A stretch of 63,292 nt of DNA, the filler included, from Atractiella rhizophila (lineage: Eukaryota), in the NCBI GenBank assembly GCA_021432655.1. It is 4 parts of 4 records of this genome, joined end to end, with 100 filler letters (N's around TTAATTAATTAA, not from the genome) between each part and the next. Parts side by side here need not be neighbours in the genome. Positions count along the whole stretch, not along the records: positions 1 to 28,675 come from MU271193.1; 3 more parts are not named here. The stretch is one strand, 5' to 3'. Shown here one piece after another: positions 10,601 to 23,538 of this stretch. Position 1 is the first letter of the stretch. Each line of letters starts with the position of its first letter. The position numbers were made by a program, and so were the translations under genes. The notes below the pieces were generated by a model that ran no database searches, was not told the DNA's origin, and was given only the letters and a program-made list of their open reading frames with translations.

Positions 10601-12974
10601 TCGGCGTTCACCGATGCACCGTTGTGTCCTTATAGTCTGAAGAATGGGTGGTAACCTTGAATAGAGCAACTGCAATCAGCCAGGACTGGGATTAGTCGAG
10701 TCGGCTAAAATCACTGACACACCACATTGTAGGGCCATCCTTCAGGGTCAGCCTAGTGACTGGCGTACGCAAGTCGTTAGAGATCTCTGTGACGTGCCTG
10801 ACCTGCAGTAGCCTAGGGCAAGCAAGGTGAAGTCGTCAAGGATCTTAAGAGAGAGATTCGCAATGGTCACATAGAAAGCATAGAGAGCGTGTTTCAGACG
10901 TAGATAAGGTCGATACCAAGTTGCAAGGCCTCATTTGATGTAAAGCAATACAGGACAAAGCAGAGAACATTGTCTTCAGAGCATGAACGGCTGCAAGCCG
11001 AAATGTAAAAGTTCAAGAAAGGGAAGTAACTAATAAAGCCAAATCGTCAAAAGAGACCTTACCTTATGTGGGGATACCCAAGCCACTGCCTAATGCCTAA
11101 GCGAGCAGTTGTCCTGCTTTTCTCTGAACACTGATCACCTTTCCTCAGTCGGAACCTTGTCAACTTTGCTTGTTTGAAAAATTTGCTCCCGGCACCCGCA
11201 TCCGCAACGTTGCTGGACCAAACATAACATACAGTTGCCCCTGAAAACGACAAAATAAAATGTCGAAAAGACGCGCAGAAAAGCAGTTGACAGATACGTG
11301 AGTATCATGTTTTGAAGGTTGGACGTGATTTTCTGATGTGTTTTCAGAAACTGGCAGGACGCGGATCAAGATGAGGGGAACGAGTCTGTAGACTCTGACG
11401 GTCCTTTCAAGAGAGCAGACGACAGGGAACTGTCAGGAAGGAAAATTCGGAAGCTGCCTAGTGTCCGGAGAGGATTGACTGCTCCTGCCTCTGGAGCTGC
11501 CCCGGCTTTTGGTTTTGGAGTTTCACCGTCGCCTTCACCTGGACTTAATCCTTCTAGCTTGGTGAGTCCTTTGTACGATAGCATTGGGGAGGGATATGTA
11601 TTTATGACTGCTTATTCGCGTTCTCTGGAAAAGCCCCTCAGTCCTCTCGACGCAAACCTACAATATTACATGTCCCTGCGCGGCCTCAATGTCTCCCTTA
11701 TCTCGCACCTCCAAAGTGTAGTAGACAAGGACCCGTTCGCTGATCTCTCCACTGTCCTCGCATCTGCTCTGCCGATGTATACAAAGGAAAGGACTGGTGC
11801 AAACGCAAAGAAGGCCAGCAACAATCCTGTGAACCCTCCTTCTGAGGTTGCGATTGAGAAAGGGCCAGAGAAGTCTGTTGGAGTAATAGAGGCGAAGGCA
11901 ACGGAGGAAGCTGTTGGAGAGAAAGTTACAAAGAACTTGTTCGGAGGGTTTACGCCTGTGACAACCAAAGTACCACCAGCCCCTGCTTCCACGGAAGTTA
12001 GTGGAACCGGAGACAAGAAAGAAGAAAAGAAACCCCTATTTGGAGGATTCGGCGGTTTTGGTGGTGCCACTGTGGGCTCTTCTTTCGCTACGATCGCCCC
12101 ATCTTTTGGTGCTCCAACGATAACTTCGTCGACATTTGGTGCACCAAAAGCGGAGGAGAAGAAAGAAGAGAAGAAGAGCTTGTTTGGAGCATTTGGAGGC
12201 ACGACGTCGGAGAAGGAGAAGACGAGTACTGGCGCTTTTGGAGCTTTCACTGGCTTTGGAGGGCCGAAGAAGGAAGAGCCGAAGGAGGAACCGAACCCTG
12301 CCACTCCTTCTCCATCCATGCCTTCTGTACCTTCCGCCTTTTCTTTCGGCGGGAAGACGATATCTTCTACGAACACCACTGGCGGAGCAACCGCACTCCC
12401 GCCGTCACCAGGTGGCTTTACGTTCAAACCTTCCTCCTCTTCGACAACGTCTACCTCGACAAGTGCATTCTCGCTCCCCTCGCCTGCTTCCGCAAGCGTA
12501 CCGGCTACGCTCAGCTTCGGAGGTTTGAAGACAGCGAACAAGCCGGACCGTCCGAGCCCTTTGCGGGTTAGTGAAAGTGCTGACAACCTCCCGAGCACGT
12601 CTGGCCCGTCGAAAGAGACAGACAACGCAGGAGAGAAGAAAGGTGCACCGGCATTTACTTTCGGAAAGACGAATACACCATTCGCATTCACCACGCCGAA
12701 GACACCTCCAAAGCCGACAGGGTTCGGTACAATTGGCGGACCAAAAGCTTCGCCCCCTGCTGCCAGTATTGGGTTCTCGTTCGGCGGTGCAGGCGCATCT
12801 CCCTTCACATTTAACCCTCTACCTACATCTACCACTGCAACCACCGCGCCGGGAAAGACGGTCTTGGCTCCCACAAACTCAACCACCGAGACCGAAGAAG
12901 AGGCTGAGGAAGGGCCATTGAGTCCTTCGGAGCGAGATGGGACGGAAAATCTGTTTCTCAAGGGACCACGAAAA
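7661..12974. repeat. ~2.66-kb tandem duplication (copy 1 ~7661-10322, copy 2 ~10323-12974)
   Basis: The copies are near-identical, with scattered SNPs and indels. The junction is ...GGACCACG-AAAA-CTCGGTGAG. Confidence 0.95.
8607..10324 (+). pseudogene. NUP2: Truncated NUP2/Nup50 copy lacking the Ran-binding domain (probably an allelic or assembly duplicate)
   Basis: Same N-terminus and FG region as 11260-13343, cut at the duplication junction just before the RanBD. Confidence 0.75.
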
Positions 12975-13343
12975 GGGGAAGAGGAAGAAGAAGAGGTTGG
13001 AGCTGAAAAGGCGGCTAAGGTTTATCGATATACGAGCTCTGGAGATAAGAAGGAGTGGAAAGAAGTTGGGACTGGGGTTGTGAGAATAAAGCGACAGAAA
13101 GGAGGTGATAGAAAGAGGCGCTTGCTTGGAAGGATGAACGGTACTCAAAACGTGATGGTAAACGTCGCACTGAATAAGGATTTCAAGATCAGCCTCGAGG
13201 GATCGAGTGTCTGTTTCCCCGCTTGGCGCGAGGAAGAAGGGAAGATGGTGGCGATGAGGATGAGACTAAAGAGCAAGGAGAAAGCACAGGAGCTTATGGA
13301 GGAAGTAAAGAAGGAGATTGCGGCATTTGAGGAAGGTAACTAG
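11260..13343 (+). CDS. NUP2: Nucleoporin Nup2/Nup50
   Basis: N-terminal MSKRRAEKQLTD...FKRADDRELSGRKIRKLP (NUP50 motif), many FG/FxFG repeats, and a C-terminal RanBD (AKVYRY...WKEVGTGVVRI...RRLLGR). Introns at ~11298-11347 and 11562-11633. Confidence 0.9.
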
Positions 13344-13626
13344 GCGGTGAATCGGTGGGTCTTAGTTTCTATAGCCATTCAGAAGCCTGACCTAATAAGC
13401 AGGGATAGGATTGCATTTGTTCAAGGATTGATGTGTGGCATGGATGATAGCAACGAAGCAATGTGCACACCCACAGATGGCGACGCCGCAGGGAGAAGTT
13501 GATTCGTTCCTCCTGTCGTCTCCGCATCGGAGTGTATTTACGTCTCTCAACTTGCTAAGAATGATGGAGGCTCTAATCTTATTGCACTTTGTTTCCTGCG
13601 ACGCTCAATGAATTTTTGCATCGGTA

Positions 13627-15395
13627 CTACCACCTAAAAAACACGGGAGGGTGATCCCTCATGAGGACATGCAGGTGTAGGTTGCCCATCTTCGTTTGCC
13701 ATGAACTCTCGCCATAGAGTTCAGGTTTGACATTATTGAGATCTTCGAGCTTCGACAAAACACCCTCGGTCTCTGGAGCTCCCCACAACTCTCCCCAATA
13801 AAACGACAAAGTCTGAGGCGCAGTCGCTTTGTCCTGTCGTTCTGCCCATGCGAGGATCTTCTCGAGACTGATACAACAGCTAAAGAGATATAGTGTGACG
13901 AGTTTAGGACAGTGCAGCGTTTCGAGGATCGAAGGGGAGACGAGGTTGGAATCGCCACCACAATCGATATAGAGCCATGATAGGGAGCTACAGTCAACCA
14001 AGGATCAGCTTCACTCATGAGTGGAGAGAGCGGATGGTAAAGGTACCAGCATGAGGAAAGAACGTCCAGTGGTTCCAAAAAGCTAGCTGAGCCAAATATC
14101 CCGACAGTGTCAGTCGTGATGGGGAGATGCCTTAAACGGATTTCGGTGACAGATTCTCGTACATCGAGCAGAAAACTTTTGAAAGATTCAGTCTCATGAT
14201 GAGGAGAAGGCCAGAAACTCTCGAAAGCCAAATCAACCAGTTGAGGGCACAGACGCGAAGCCCATCGAATGAACGAAGCTGTAACTTTGCATTTGACAAG
14301 TTCAAAAGTTTTCAGGTTCCCTTTGACGCTTCCATAGTCTGGCTGCTCTTCGAAATCTAACAAGTCCCAAGCAACAAGGTATAGACTGCTAAGGCGATCG
14401 GATGTTCGACCCTGGTGGAATAAATACAAGAGATCTGCAGAATGCCAACGTGCTAGGTTATGAGCCCTCACCCCTTCGATGTGAAGAGAATCTAATGTTT
14501 CCATTTGGGCAATCAAATACATGACCCGTTGGCGAGAAGATGCCTTGGTAGGTGGCCGAAGTGAAAGAACGAGGGTACGAATGCTGTGACCCATTCCAAA
14601 GTACATGGATGCAGTTTTCCACACAATGTTACGATTATCGAAATCGTTGTCGCGGAGAAGAAGCATCCTGATCCATGGTACTAACTTTTGTTGATACCGC
14701 TGTAGAAACTTGACAATATTGACGCTTTTGATCATATCAAAAACAGGAGAACCTCGCATTTCTGTTTGAGCTCCAATTTGGCGATAAAGGGCAATTTGAC
14801 CAACACCGTCGAACCGTCGACATACCAGACGAAATATCTGGATGTGTGCGAGATTCTGTTGATATTGACGAAAAGCAAAATGCCGTTCGGACTCTGGCGC
14901 CAGCTGGTGCAAGTGAGGCGAAGCTAACATCTCAGTCAAACAAGAGAAAAGTATTTCGTTTGGCAGGGAGTCAAACGGATTCACTTCCCAGGCTTGAAAT
15001 AGTTGTATATCGATTGTGCTCGACGTTCGTAAATGAGAAAGTGTCCTGAGACTGCGATGAAAAGTTAACGTCGGTGGAAGATCTGTAGTATCAATACAAA
15101 TGCGGTCAGAATCTTGCAAAATGTCGACCTCAGGCACATCGATGGAGCAGATGAATGCCGGTGTCGACAGTCGAGCGCGAAAAATAATTGGACCTGACGG
15201 TGGGAGTTTTACAAAAAGAAAAGTTCGCTGGGAACAATCTTCCTCTGAATATGAAATATGTACGACAAATGTCTTCGCGTGAGCAAGCCAGAGTCTTGCC
15301 GTGGCTGTAAAAATCAACCTCGCAATAACTGAATCGGAGTCAATATCCGTTTCAACGCTGTGAACACAATTGGACACATTAACCACGAGAGCCAT
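13627..15395 (-). CDS. F-box-like protein with a degenerate LRR-like C-terminus
   Basis: F-box-like segment FDSLPNEILFSCL...FRLVCRRF. One phase-2 intron at 14046-13988 joins the 578-aa and 124-aa ORFs. A paralog lies in the mirror block. Confidence 0.7.
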
Positions 15396-15813
15396 ATTTG
15401 AGGGATCAGTTTGGCAAGCATTCGATATCAGATATTAACCCACTCGAGCGGCGGCATCAACACGAGCCATCCTAATAAGTCTCTCTGTGACAGGCCATTT
15501 GATGCGGGCCTCATTGAAATGCTGCTGTGGGCCCCTTGACAGGTACATCCATTACGGCTGTGGACGGCGTCGTCGCCGGTCGCTCAAAGTCGGCCCTTTT
15601 TTTCAATTCATTGGGCTCAGTCAAAATTATCCGTTGGAATGCGTGTAAAGACAAGGCAGAAGTTGGAATCTCTTGAGACAACTTCGCTGAATGAAGAGAT
15701 CATGTTTCCAGCCGTGCGCGCGATGTCGCGGGTAGTCGCAGCAGCAACTTTACTCCTTGTCAACGATCGACGATCGTAACTTGCAAGCTCTGCCAACGCA
15801 GCCAGTTTCTAGA

Positions 15814-18800
15814 ATGAACAACATGCGCCGTTTCCTACCCACAATCCCCTCTCCCTCGCCCGACTCTTCCCTAACGCAACAATTCTCCTCCCTATCCAAT
15901 CTCTCCAACGGCGCCGCCTCTTTCTTCCGTCCAGGCAATTCCAACAGCTCCACTAGCAACAGCAACGGGTTCAAACGGAGCGATTCTACCTCTACTCGCG
16001 ACGGTGGCAGAGGGAGTGATGGAGGACATAGGCCCATGGACTCGTTGGCAAGTCTCGGGAGTGGCATTAGTGGTGTTAGTGCTGGGAGTACGAGTAGTAG
16101 GAATGTAGGAGGAGGGAAGACCCCTTTGGGTGAGGAGGAGATATGGTTGGAGCTGTTAAGTGCTCAGGCGGCGGTTGAAGCCCGTTCTGGAGGCTGGGAA
16201 GTAATGGGATGGGAGGAGGTGGAGAAGTGCAAGAAGGTGGGTCACTTCTTCTTTTACTTCAGCGTTGGAGAGGTGGGAGGTAGAGGAGAGACACATTTTT
16301 CCTCTTCCGGACCGTGTTGTACGATGTGAGAGACGTGAAGAGTGTTCGTAGAAGATCCAAACGGGTTCTGACACCCCTCGCTGTCTGGATGAAGGGAAGA
16401 ATAGGTGGTCACATGGCTTGCCTTGATCCTCTCCACATTTACGTTTTATTGCTCTCATGCCTCGCTAGAGCATCTATGAACTGGCACAGACGGAGAGCCC
16501 GTCTTTTTCCCTTGACTGAGGTATCCTTTCTATTGTCAACGAATTGGATCTTACATGTTAAATAGCTATCAAGATTAGTCAAGATTAATTTTGCTTAATC
16601 TTGAACACTTCTAATTTCTCTCCATCCGTCGCAAGAGCCCCAATACTCAACCACACCCTGCAGGCATATCAATCAGTCACCAAACGATTAAGCAGTGCTC
16701 AATCCAAGCTCTCCCTTGAAATGCGCATTCGATCCGCTTCCCGCATCCTAGATGCTGCCTCGTCTCCACCGATCGAGGATCCGAAGATATCTTCTCTAAT
16801 GAAAGAAGCGTACGACCTAATGGTTGAGGAAACCGAACTCAAGACGAAGCTCCTACGACATTACGTTGCAGTCCTGTCGAGGGTTTTGGGGAGACGAGAA
16901 CAGGAAGATGTGGACGACGCCAGCGCCAGCGCCAGCGGGAGCGTTAATGGTGTAGGATCAATACGCACACGCACCACGTCCACCCCCAATGGGCTACGGA
17001 AGAGCGCAAGCTCGACACCTCTCACTTCCCCGCGCTCGGTGGACAAGTTCGAAGGACCACATCTCTTCGCTGGCAACGCGAACTCATCTCTGCTCTCGAA
17101 ATCTTTCGCCTCTCCACCGTCTTCACGTTCGCAGTCTCCTGCTCTCTTCCTCAATGGTGCCGCAGCAGGAGTTGACGTGAAGGCTCACGAAGAGTTAAAG
17201 TCTGAAGTCGAGACTTTGCGGAAGGAGCTGACGCAGGCGAAGGCCGATGCGATGAAGGAGAAGGAATCTTCGATTCGGCGGAACCGTCTGGACGACGACC
17301 GGAAGGATCGGGAAATACTTCGTTTGAATAGTATGGTAAATGTGTTAGAGGAACGAGTGGCCCAAGGGAAGCGTGCTAACGAAGACGTTGGAGTCATGGA
17401 GGAGGCGCTGAAGGCGGCAAAGGAGAATGAGAAGAAATTCGAGGGCGAGATTGAGTACCTGGAGGATTTGTTAAAGAAGATGGAGCAGGAGGAAGAGGCG
17501 AGAAAGGCCGAGATTGAGGAGCTTAAGGATAGGATCGCAACGCTCGAGGACGGTGAAGGAGAGACAGAGCGTTTGCGAGCCGAAATTGAAGGCCTGCAAG
17601 AACAACTTGGAGAAGCTGGAGGTCGCTCTCGAGGGGAAGAAGAGAAGATGTCGGCTGCTCTGCGGGAGATGGAGGAGAAGGACGCGAAGTCTCGACAGGG
17701 GATGGAGGAAGAACGCAAACGAGCGAAAGAGTCACTCAGGACCAAACTTACTGAAGTCATCACCGCCTCTTCTCCCAAACGTGGAATTGGTTTCCGTCGA
17801 CCCTCTATTGCTCCTCCCCCAAATGCTGGCCTCTTCGCTAAATTCTCTCCCGAACCCTTCACCGAATCGCGGCAGAGCGATCTTCCCTCTTGGATCAATG
17901 AAACGCTCAACGACTTCTTTGACAAGCTATCTACAAGCATGAAAGCAGCCGAGAGGGAAAAAGAAGGCGAATTTGAGGATCTGCGGAAACAAGAAAGTGA
18001 CGCTCGAGCAGCGACAGAACAGACTCAACAGCGAGTAGAGGAGTTGGAGAGCGAGATCCGGATATTAGAGAACGAAAAGAAGGGATGGGAGACGAATGCA
18101 GCAACCTCGAAAGCCGAGGAAACTGTCCGACTGAATGACGAAATCAAAGAGCTAAACCGTAAGCTTGACAATGCAGAGAAGGATGTCATCGCTCTCAAGG
18201 ACCTTTTCATCGCGGTACCCGACCGTTCCAAGGTCCCAAGTTCGGACGATCTCAGAACGCTCAAAACGGCATTTGACAATACGGGCACTGGTGCACGCCC
18301 AATGGGCAACTTCATGCAGGATCTGGCTGCCAACAGATTCTCGACGGAAGCTTTTATCGCCAAAGTCAAAGGTTAATTATTGTTGCTTACGTCGAGCAGA
18401 ACTTGCTGAATTGTTTGTCTAGGTCTCATTGCTGCGGATAAGATGCTGGTTGACAAACTCGTCAAGTTCGAAGCGAGTCAAGATACACAGAAATCGAACG
18501 CCGACCGTCTTCAGAAGATGCTGCTTGAATCTAAAGAAGGTCTGGTGACGTATAAGCAGCGTGCGTCCCTTCTAGTTCCTTGTTTATTCGTGCTGAAAGT
18601 TGCCGGTTGCAGAGGTTTCTGAACTGGAAGAACGGCTAGATGCGGCTATGGAGAAAGAGGTGAACATGTTGACGACTCAATCGGATCTTCAAGAGTCTAT
18701 CGATGGCTTACGGTCGGACAAAGCCAAGTTCACAGCCGTCCTTAAGGAAAAGGACAATATGATCAAGACTTTAGAGGCAGAGCGTTCGAAGCTTGGGACG

Positions 18801-19085
18801 TCCATGTCGGCGTTACAGAAGGAGCTAGAGAGTCGACCTGTCGGCGTGGAGGATGAGCTTGAAGAGTTGAAGGAGAAACTCAGAGAAACAGAAGATCAGC
18901 TAGATGAAGTGTCCAATACGTATCAGGATCAGAGAATTAAGATGTTGGATGAGGTGCGTTGATTCGATCTTTTCCTTTTCGTGAATGACTGACGCTCTTT
19001 ATAGTTGAACAAACTTCAACAAGAAACCGGCAATTTACGAGCGCAGCTGAGAGCTGAACAGAGAAAGAATCAGGCGAAGAAATGA
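15814..19085 (+). CDS. Uds1 (up-regulated during septation) domain coiled-coil protein
   Basis: ELLSAQAAVEA..WEVMGWEEVEKCKK/AYQSVTKRLSSAQSKLSLEMRIRSA...KLLRHYVAVL resembles the Uds1 domain and is followed by long E/K-rich heptads. Four introns. Confidence 0.7.
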
Positions 19086-20532
19086 TGCCATTTCACTTCA
19101 CATATGTTGCACTTTCTTGAATCACCTGCCTTGCCTAGCTTTACTTCGTTCATTATCGGTGTCTCTGTACTTCGACTTTCTTACACCACATTTTAGTGCA
19201 ATCATTATCGCAAGGCTGTCTCCTCACGTCCTAGCCTGAAGTTCAACTTAATAGGCCGTTGGTTTTTCGGTGCTGAGCCACTGAGCTTCATCTTGCCCAT
19301 CGTCACCATACCCCATCCTCGCGAACGTCCACTCTCCACTCCACGTTCTCTTTCCCTCATTTCCTTCTTGAGGTTCCACAAAGGACGCAGCATGATTCAC
19401 AAAGGTCAGCTTCCTTCCATCCGCTGCTCTCAACTCGCTCATCTTCGGTCCTCCTTCCTTCAAAAGATGATTCATCTGTTCCTTTGAATGCTGGTTGACA
19501 AACTCGTCAAGTTCGAAGCGAGTCAAGATACACAGAAATCGAACGCCGACCGTCTTCAGAAGATGCTGCTTGAATCCAAGGAAGGTCTTGTGACGTATAA
19601 GCAGCGTGCGTCTCTTCTAGCTCGTTTAATTGGTACTGACAATTGCCGGTTGCAGAGGTTTCTGAACTGGAGGAGCGGCTAGATGCAGCTATGGAGAAAG
19701 AGGTGAACATGCTGACGACTCAATCGGATCTTCAAGAGTCTATCGATGGTTTACGGTCGGACAAAGCCAAGTTCACAGCCGTCCTTAAGGAAAAGGACAA
19801 TATGATCAAGACTTTAGAGGCAGAGCGTTCGAAGCTTGGGACGTCCATGTCGGCGTTACAGAAGGAGTTAGAGAGTCGACCTGTCGGCGTGGAGGATGAG
19901 CTTGAAGAGCTGAAGGAGAAACTCAGAGAAACAGAAGACCAGCTAGATGAAGTGTCCAATACGTATCAGGATCAGAGAATTAAGATGTTGGATGAGGTAC
20001 GTTGATTCGATCTTTTCCTTTTTCGTGAATGACTGACGCTCTTTATAGTTGAACAAACTTCAACAAGAAACCGGCAATTTACGAGCACAGCTGAGAGCTG
20101 AACAGAGAAAGAATCAGGCGAAGAAATGATGCCATTTCACTTCACATATGTTGCACTTTCTTGAATCTCACCTGCCTTGCCTAGCTTTACTTCGTTCATT
20201 ATCGGTGTCTCTGTACTTCGACTTTCTTACACCACATTTTAGTGCAATCATTATCGCAAGGCTGTCTCCTCACATCCTAGCCTGAAGCTCAACTTAATCC
20301 GCCGTTGGCTTTTCCGTGCTGAGCCACTGTGCTTCATCTTGCCCATCGTCACCATACCCCATCCTCGCGAACGTCCACTCTCCACTCCACGTTCTCTTTC
20401 CCTCATTTCCTTCTTGAGGTTCCACAAAGGACGCAGCATGATTCACAAAGGTCAGCTTCCTTCCATCCGCTGCTCTCAACTCGCTCATCTTCGGTCCTCC
20501 TTCCTTCAAAAGATGATTCATCTGTTCCTTTG
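18443..20532. repeat. ~1.04-kb tandem duplication (18443-19486 and 19488-20532) of the convergent 3' ends of the Uds1 and CoA-transferase genes
   Basis: Near-identical copies separated by one A at 19487. Confidence 0.95.
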
Positions 20533-22155
20533 CCGGCGGGTCCACCCGTCCCAGAGAGCGGATCCAGTGACTCGTTGCCTTCGTCATGATGCTTCAGCAT
20601 CCTTCGCTCTTCGGGATAAGAAGGAAACGAACGAGTAAGGAGCATCGAATGTCGTATCCGCCTCCTTCCCGAGCCCTTCTCAACAGTGCCGCCTGAATTC
20701 CAGCCCTATATCAGACCGAACCCGATTAGCTTCAAGACTACAACAGGGCAACATATTTACGCTAGGAAGTAACCACTGGCATGATCAATAGCCTGGACTG
20801 GCCATGCCTTTCCGCCTTCCTCCCCAAACGCTTCCGCTTCAGCTTTGTTGAATCCAGTCGCGGTCTGAACGAGAGAATCGAATCCTTTACGTTCGTTCCA
20901 GGGACCTTCATCGCCCCAAGCGGAAAGACTGGCGAAAATTATGCTGGGGTTCAGCTTCCTGATCGTTTCGCGAGTATATCCTAGAGATGGGAGCGCTTTT
21001 GGGGCATAAGACTGTAGTAGAACATCCGCGGTTGAGAGGAGGCGCTCAAAGGTCGAGCGTGCAGAGGGGGAGCGCAGATCAAGACGAATCGGTCTCTTAC
21101 CGCGCGTTAGATCATAGTCAAGACCCGGCTGCGAGGGAAGGTGGGTGGCCGTCACTGTGGAAAAAAAACGGTGAAAATTAGACATGGAACCCAAAGTAAA
21201 ATTCTGCATACCCCAAAGAACATCTGCTCCGTATCCTTTATTTTATAATTGTGAGCGTTGTCCTGACGATCTTGAGGACAGGAACTACATACCTGCTAGT
21301 ACCCGTCCTGCCACTGGACCAGCGATGACTCTTGTAAGTTCCAGCACTTTGATGCCGTCAAGGGGACGTTCATTACTTGAAATGTGGAAAGGAATTGGGG
21401 CAGAGGATCCAATTTTGTTGATAATTATTGGGCCAAGTTCATCGAATAGTTTCTTGCTTGAAACACAATGGGGATGCCTATCCCTGCAAAATTATCCTCA
21501 GTGTCCCCGCCGGAAGAAATCTAGACATGTTTGACACACCACTCCTCAAATGTGCGCAGACTGGTTGCGCACAATCCAGTTTCCATCACTTGGTCCGCCC
21601 ACGTATGTTCGTCTTCCACTTCTTTCACCTTGAGTTCGACATCCTCTCTCTTCACGTCGGCAGATTCTGGTAGCCCGAGAATTTGGAGAAGGCCGTTACG
21701 ATGGTGTGGAAAATTTGTGTGCTATCTCATCGGCGCTGAGATAGACTTCGAGCTGGGAAAGAAGGATGCGTACCAATCGCACATATCCATTCTTTGTCCT
21801 GTACAACCCGCTTAAACGGTCCATTTCGAAGGTGTCTAAACCTTCGATTATTGCAAGTTTCTCTGATTTAAACTATTTCACCTCGTTATCATACCTTCAT
21901 TGCTCGTAGCGGGAAGGTGATAATGCTCACCTCATTGCTAGCCTCTTCTGCATCCACCACCACTTCCACTTGTTTGCCAGTTCGTAATGCATAAATTTCA
22001 GCAGCCGCCAAAGCAGATAAGGAGATAGAAAGTTGGGCACACTGTACGAGAGCGAAAGAGCTACGGAGGGCAGGGATGTCTGGTCGAAGGAGCGAGAGCT
22101 TGCTGAGAGCGGATGGAGGTAAGGAGAACTGGCGCAGAAGTTGGTTCATTGACAT
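20294..22155 (-). CDS. CoA-transferase family III (CaiB/BaiF)
   Basis: Motifs PLDGIKVLELTRVIAGPVAGRVL, RGKRPIRLDL, ADVLLQSYAP..L..LGY, SLSAWG..GPW..RKGFDSLVQ..TG, QAIDHASGY. Multi-exon. Confidence 0.88.
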
Positions 22156-22867
22156 CGTGACTTTGGTCAGTCAAGTTGACTGTGGGTAAATTTCCTGCGC
22201 TTCGGCCACATTTATCATGTTCGGAACAACCGGTAGAACACTTCGGAAGCACAGAAGATATCTGCTCGTACGTGGGTCATGCCTGAGGTGATGATGAATC
22301 GGAGGATGTCGCGACGGGGCAATCGACACCCAAGTCACTCAAAATAGGAAATTAGTAGGCAGTTGAAGAAAATCTCAACGGCTAATGTGCTCTGAGCTCA
22401 CAGGCTTACTTCCGTAAAATCTTTCGTACCTTTGCGATCACCTTCAAAGCTTCGTCATAGTTTTGACACTTAACAAGTTTTGATAGTGGTGATTGCATTA
22501 GAGTGAGCTCTGCAATTAAGTTCTTTCATAGAGCGTCATCTACGTCAAAGGCGTAGGATCTTCTCAGAGCTCGCTCTGAGTGCCCAGGACTACGAAAAAT
22601 TGGAGTGCCATGTCGCACTTTCGAATCGTGACGAATAGATGCATACCTTCAAAGTCTTGCGACAAAAGAGTGTGCCAATCAATCACATTAAGCGTTCACA
22701 ACTGCTCTTCACCCGGATCCCAAGTCGAAAGGCGGTTGGGTTTCCAGTTGGGCTGGTGCCATTGACGCGGCGGCATCATTTTACATCAACACAATCACTA
22801 AACTTTGTGGCTTTTGTTTTTGCTATCTACTGGGAACTGACTTCATCTTTGGACTCCACGGTAAGCA

Positions 22868-23538
22868 ATGGCTCCTAAGGCATCGGAAAAGAAGGCGGCT
22901 CCAGCAAAGAAGAGTGGGGGGACTAGCGATGTGGCAAAGGCGAAGCAGACGAAGAAGGCTGCCCTGAAGGTGTGTAGTCCTTCATCCATTCGAGGTGCTC
23001 TGTACGGTGGAGAGGGTATGCTGGAGGCTGAACCGATAAAACTATGTGCAGGGTGCGCACTCCACAACGAAGCGAAAGATTCGCACGTCCGTCACGTTCC
23101 GCCGCCCCGTCACTCTGAAACTCGCACGCAACCCCAAATACCCTACGAAATCCATCCCTCATGCTCCTCGTATGGATGCCTACCGCACTATCTCCAACCC
23201 TCTCAACACCGAATCCGCAATGAAAAAGATTGAGGAGAACAACACCCTTGTATTCATTGTCGACGTCAAGAGCAACAAGAGGCAGATTAAGGAGGCAATC
23301 AAGAAGCTTTACGGTGTCGAGCCACTCAAAATTAGGACCCTGATCCGGTTTGTTCTCCTTATCTATTTGAAGGGGATCCTGAGGCATGTTTTAACAGACC
23401 GGATGGAAAGAAGAAGGCTTTTGTCAGGCTACTGCCCGACGTCGACGCTCTTGATGTCGCTAACAAGGTGCGCTGTTGCTCTCCATACTTTTCTACATCC
23501 GAGTGCTGATGATAATGATCCAGATTGGTTTCATTTGA
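22868..23538 (+). CDS. RPL25: 60S ribosomal protein uL23 (L25/L23a)
   Basis: [66 protein letters not shown]...[12 protein letters not shown]. Three introns. Confidence 0.97.

Noticed and set aside
9018..12961. 503-aa and 431-aa minus-strand ORFs
   Set aside because: Antisense shadows of the low-complexity NUP2 FG exon. The longer one is also chimeric across the duplication junction.
16515..16570. CTGAG-containing intron segment as a TPP riboswitch
   Set aside because: It lacks the conserved CCUGAUC and UAAU...GCG..GGGA elements, and the host gene is unrelated to thiamine.
17185..17940. 251-aa Ser-rich minus-strand ORF
   Set aside because: Antisense shadow of the Glu/Lys-rich coiled coil.
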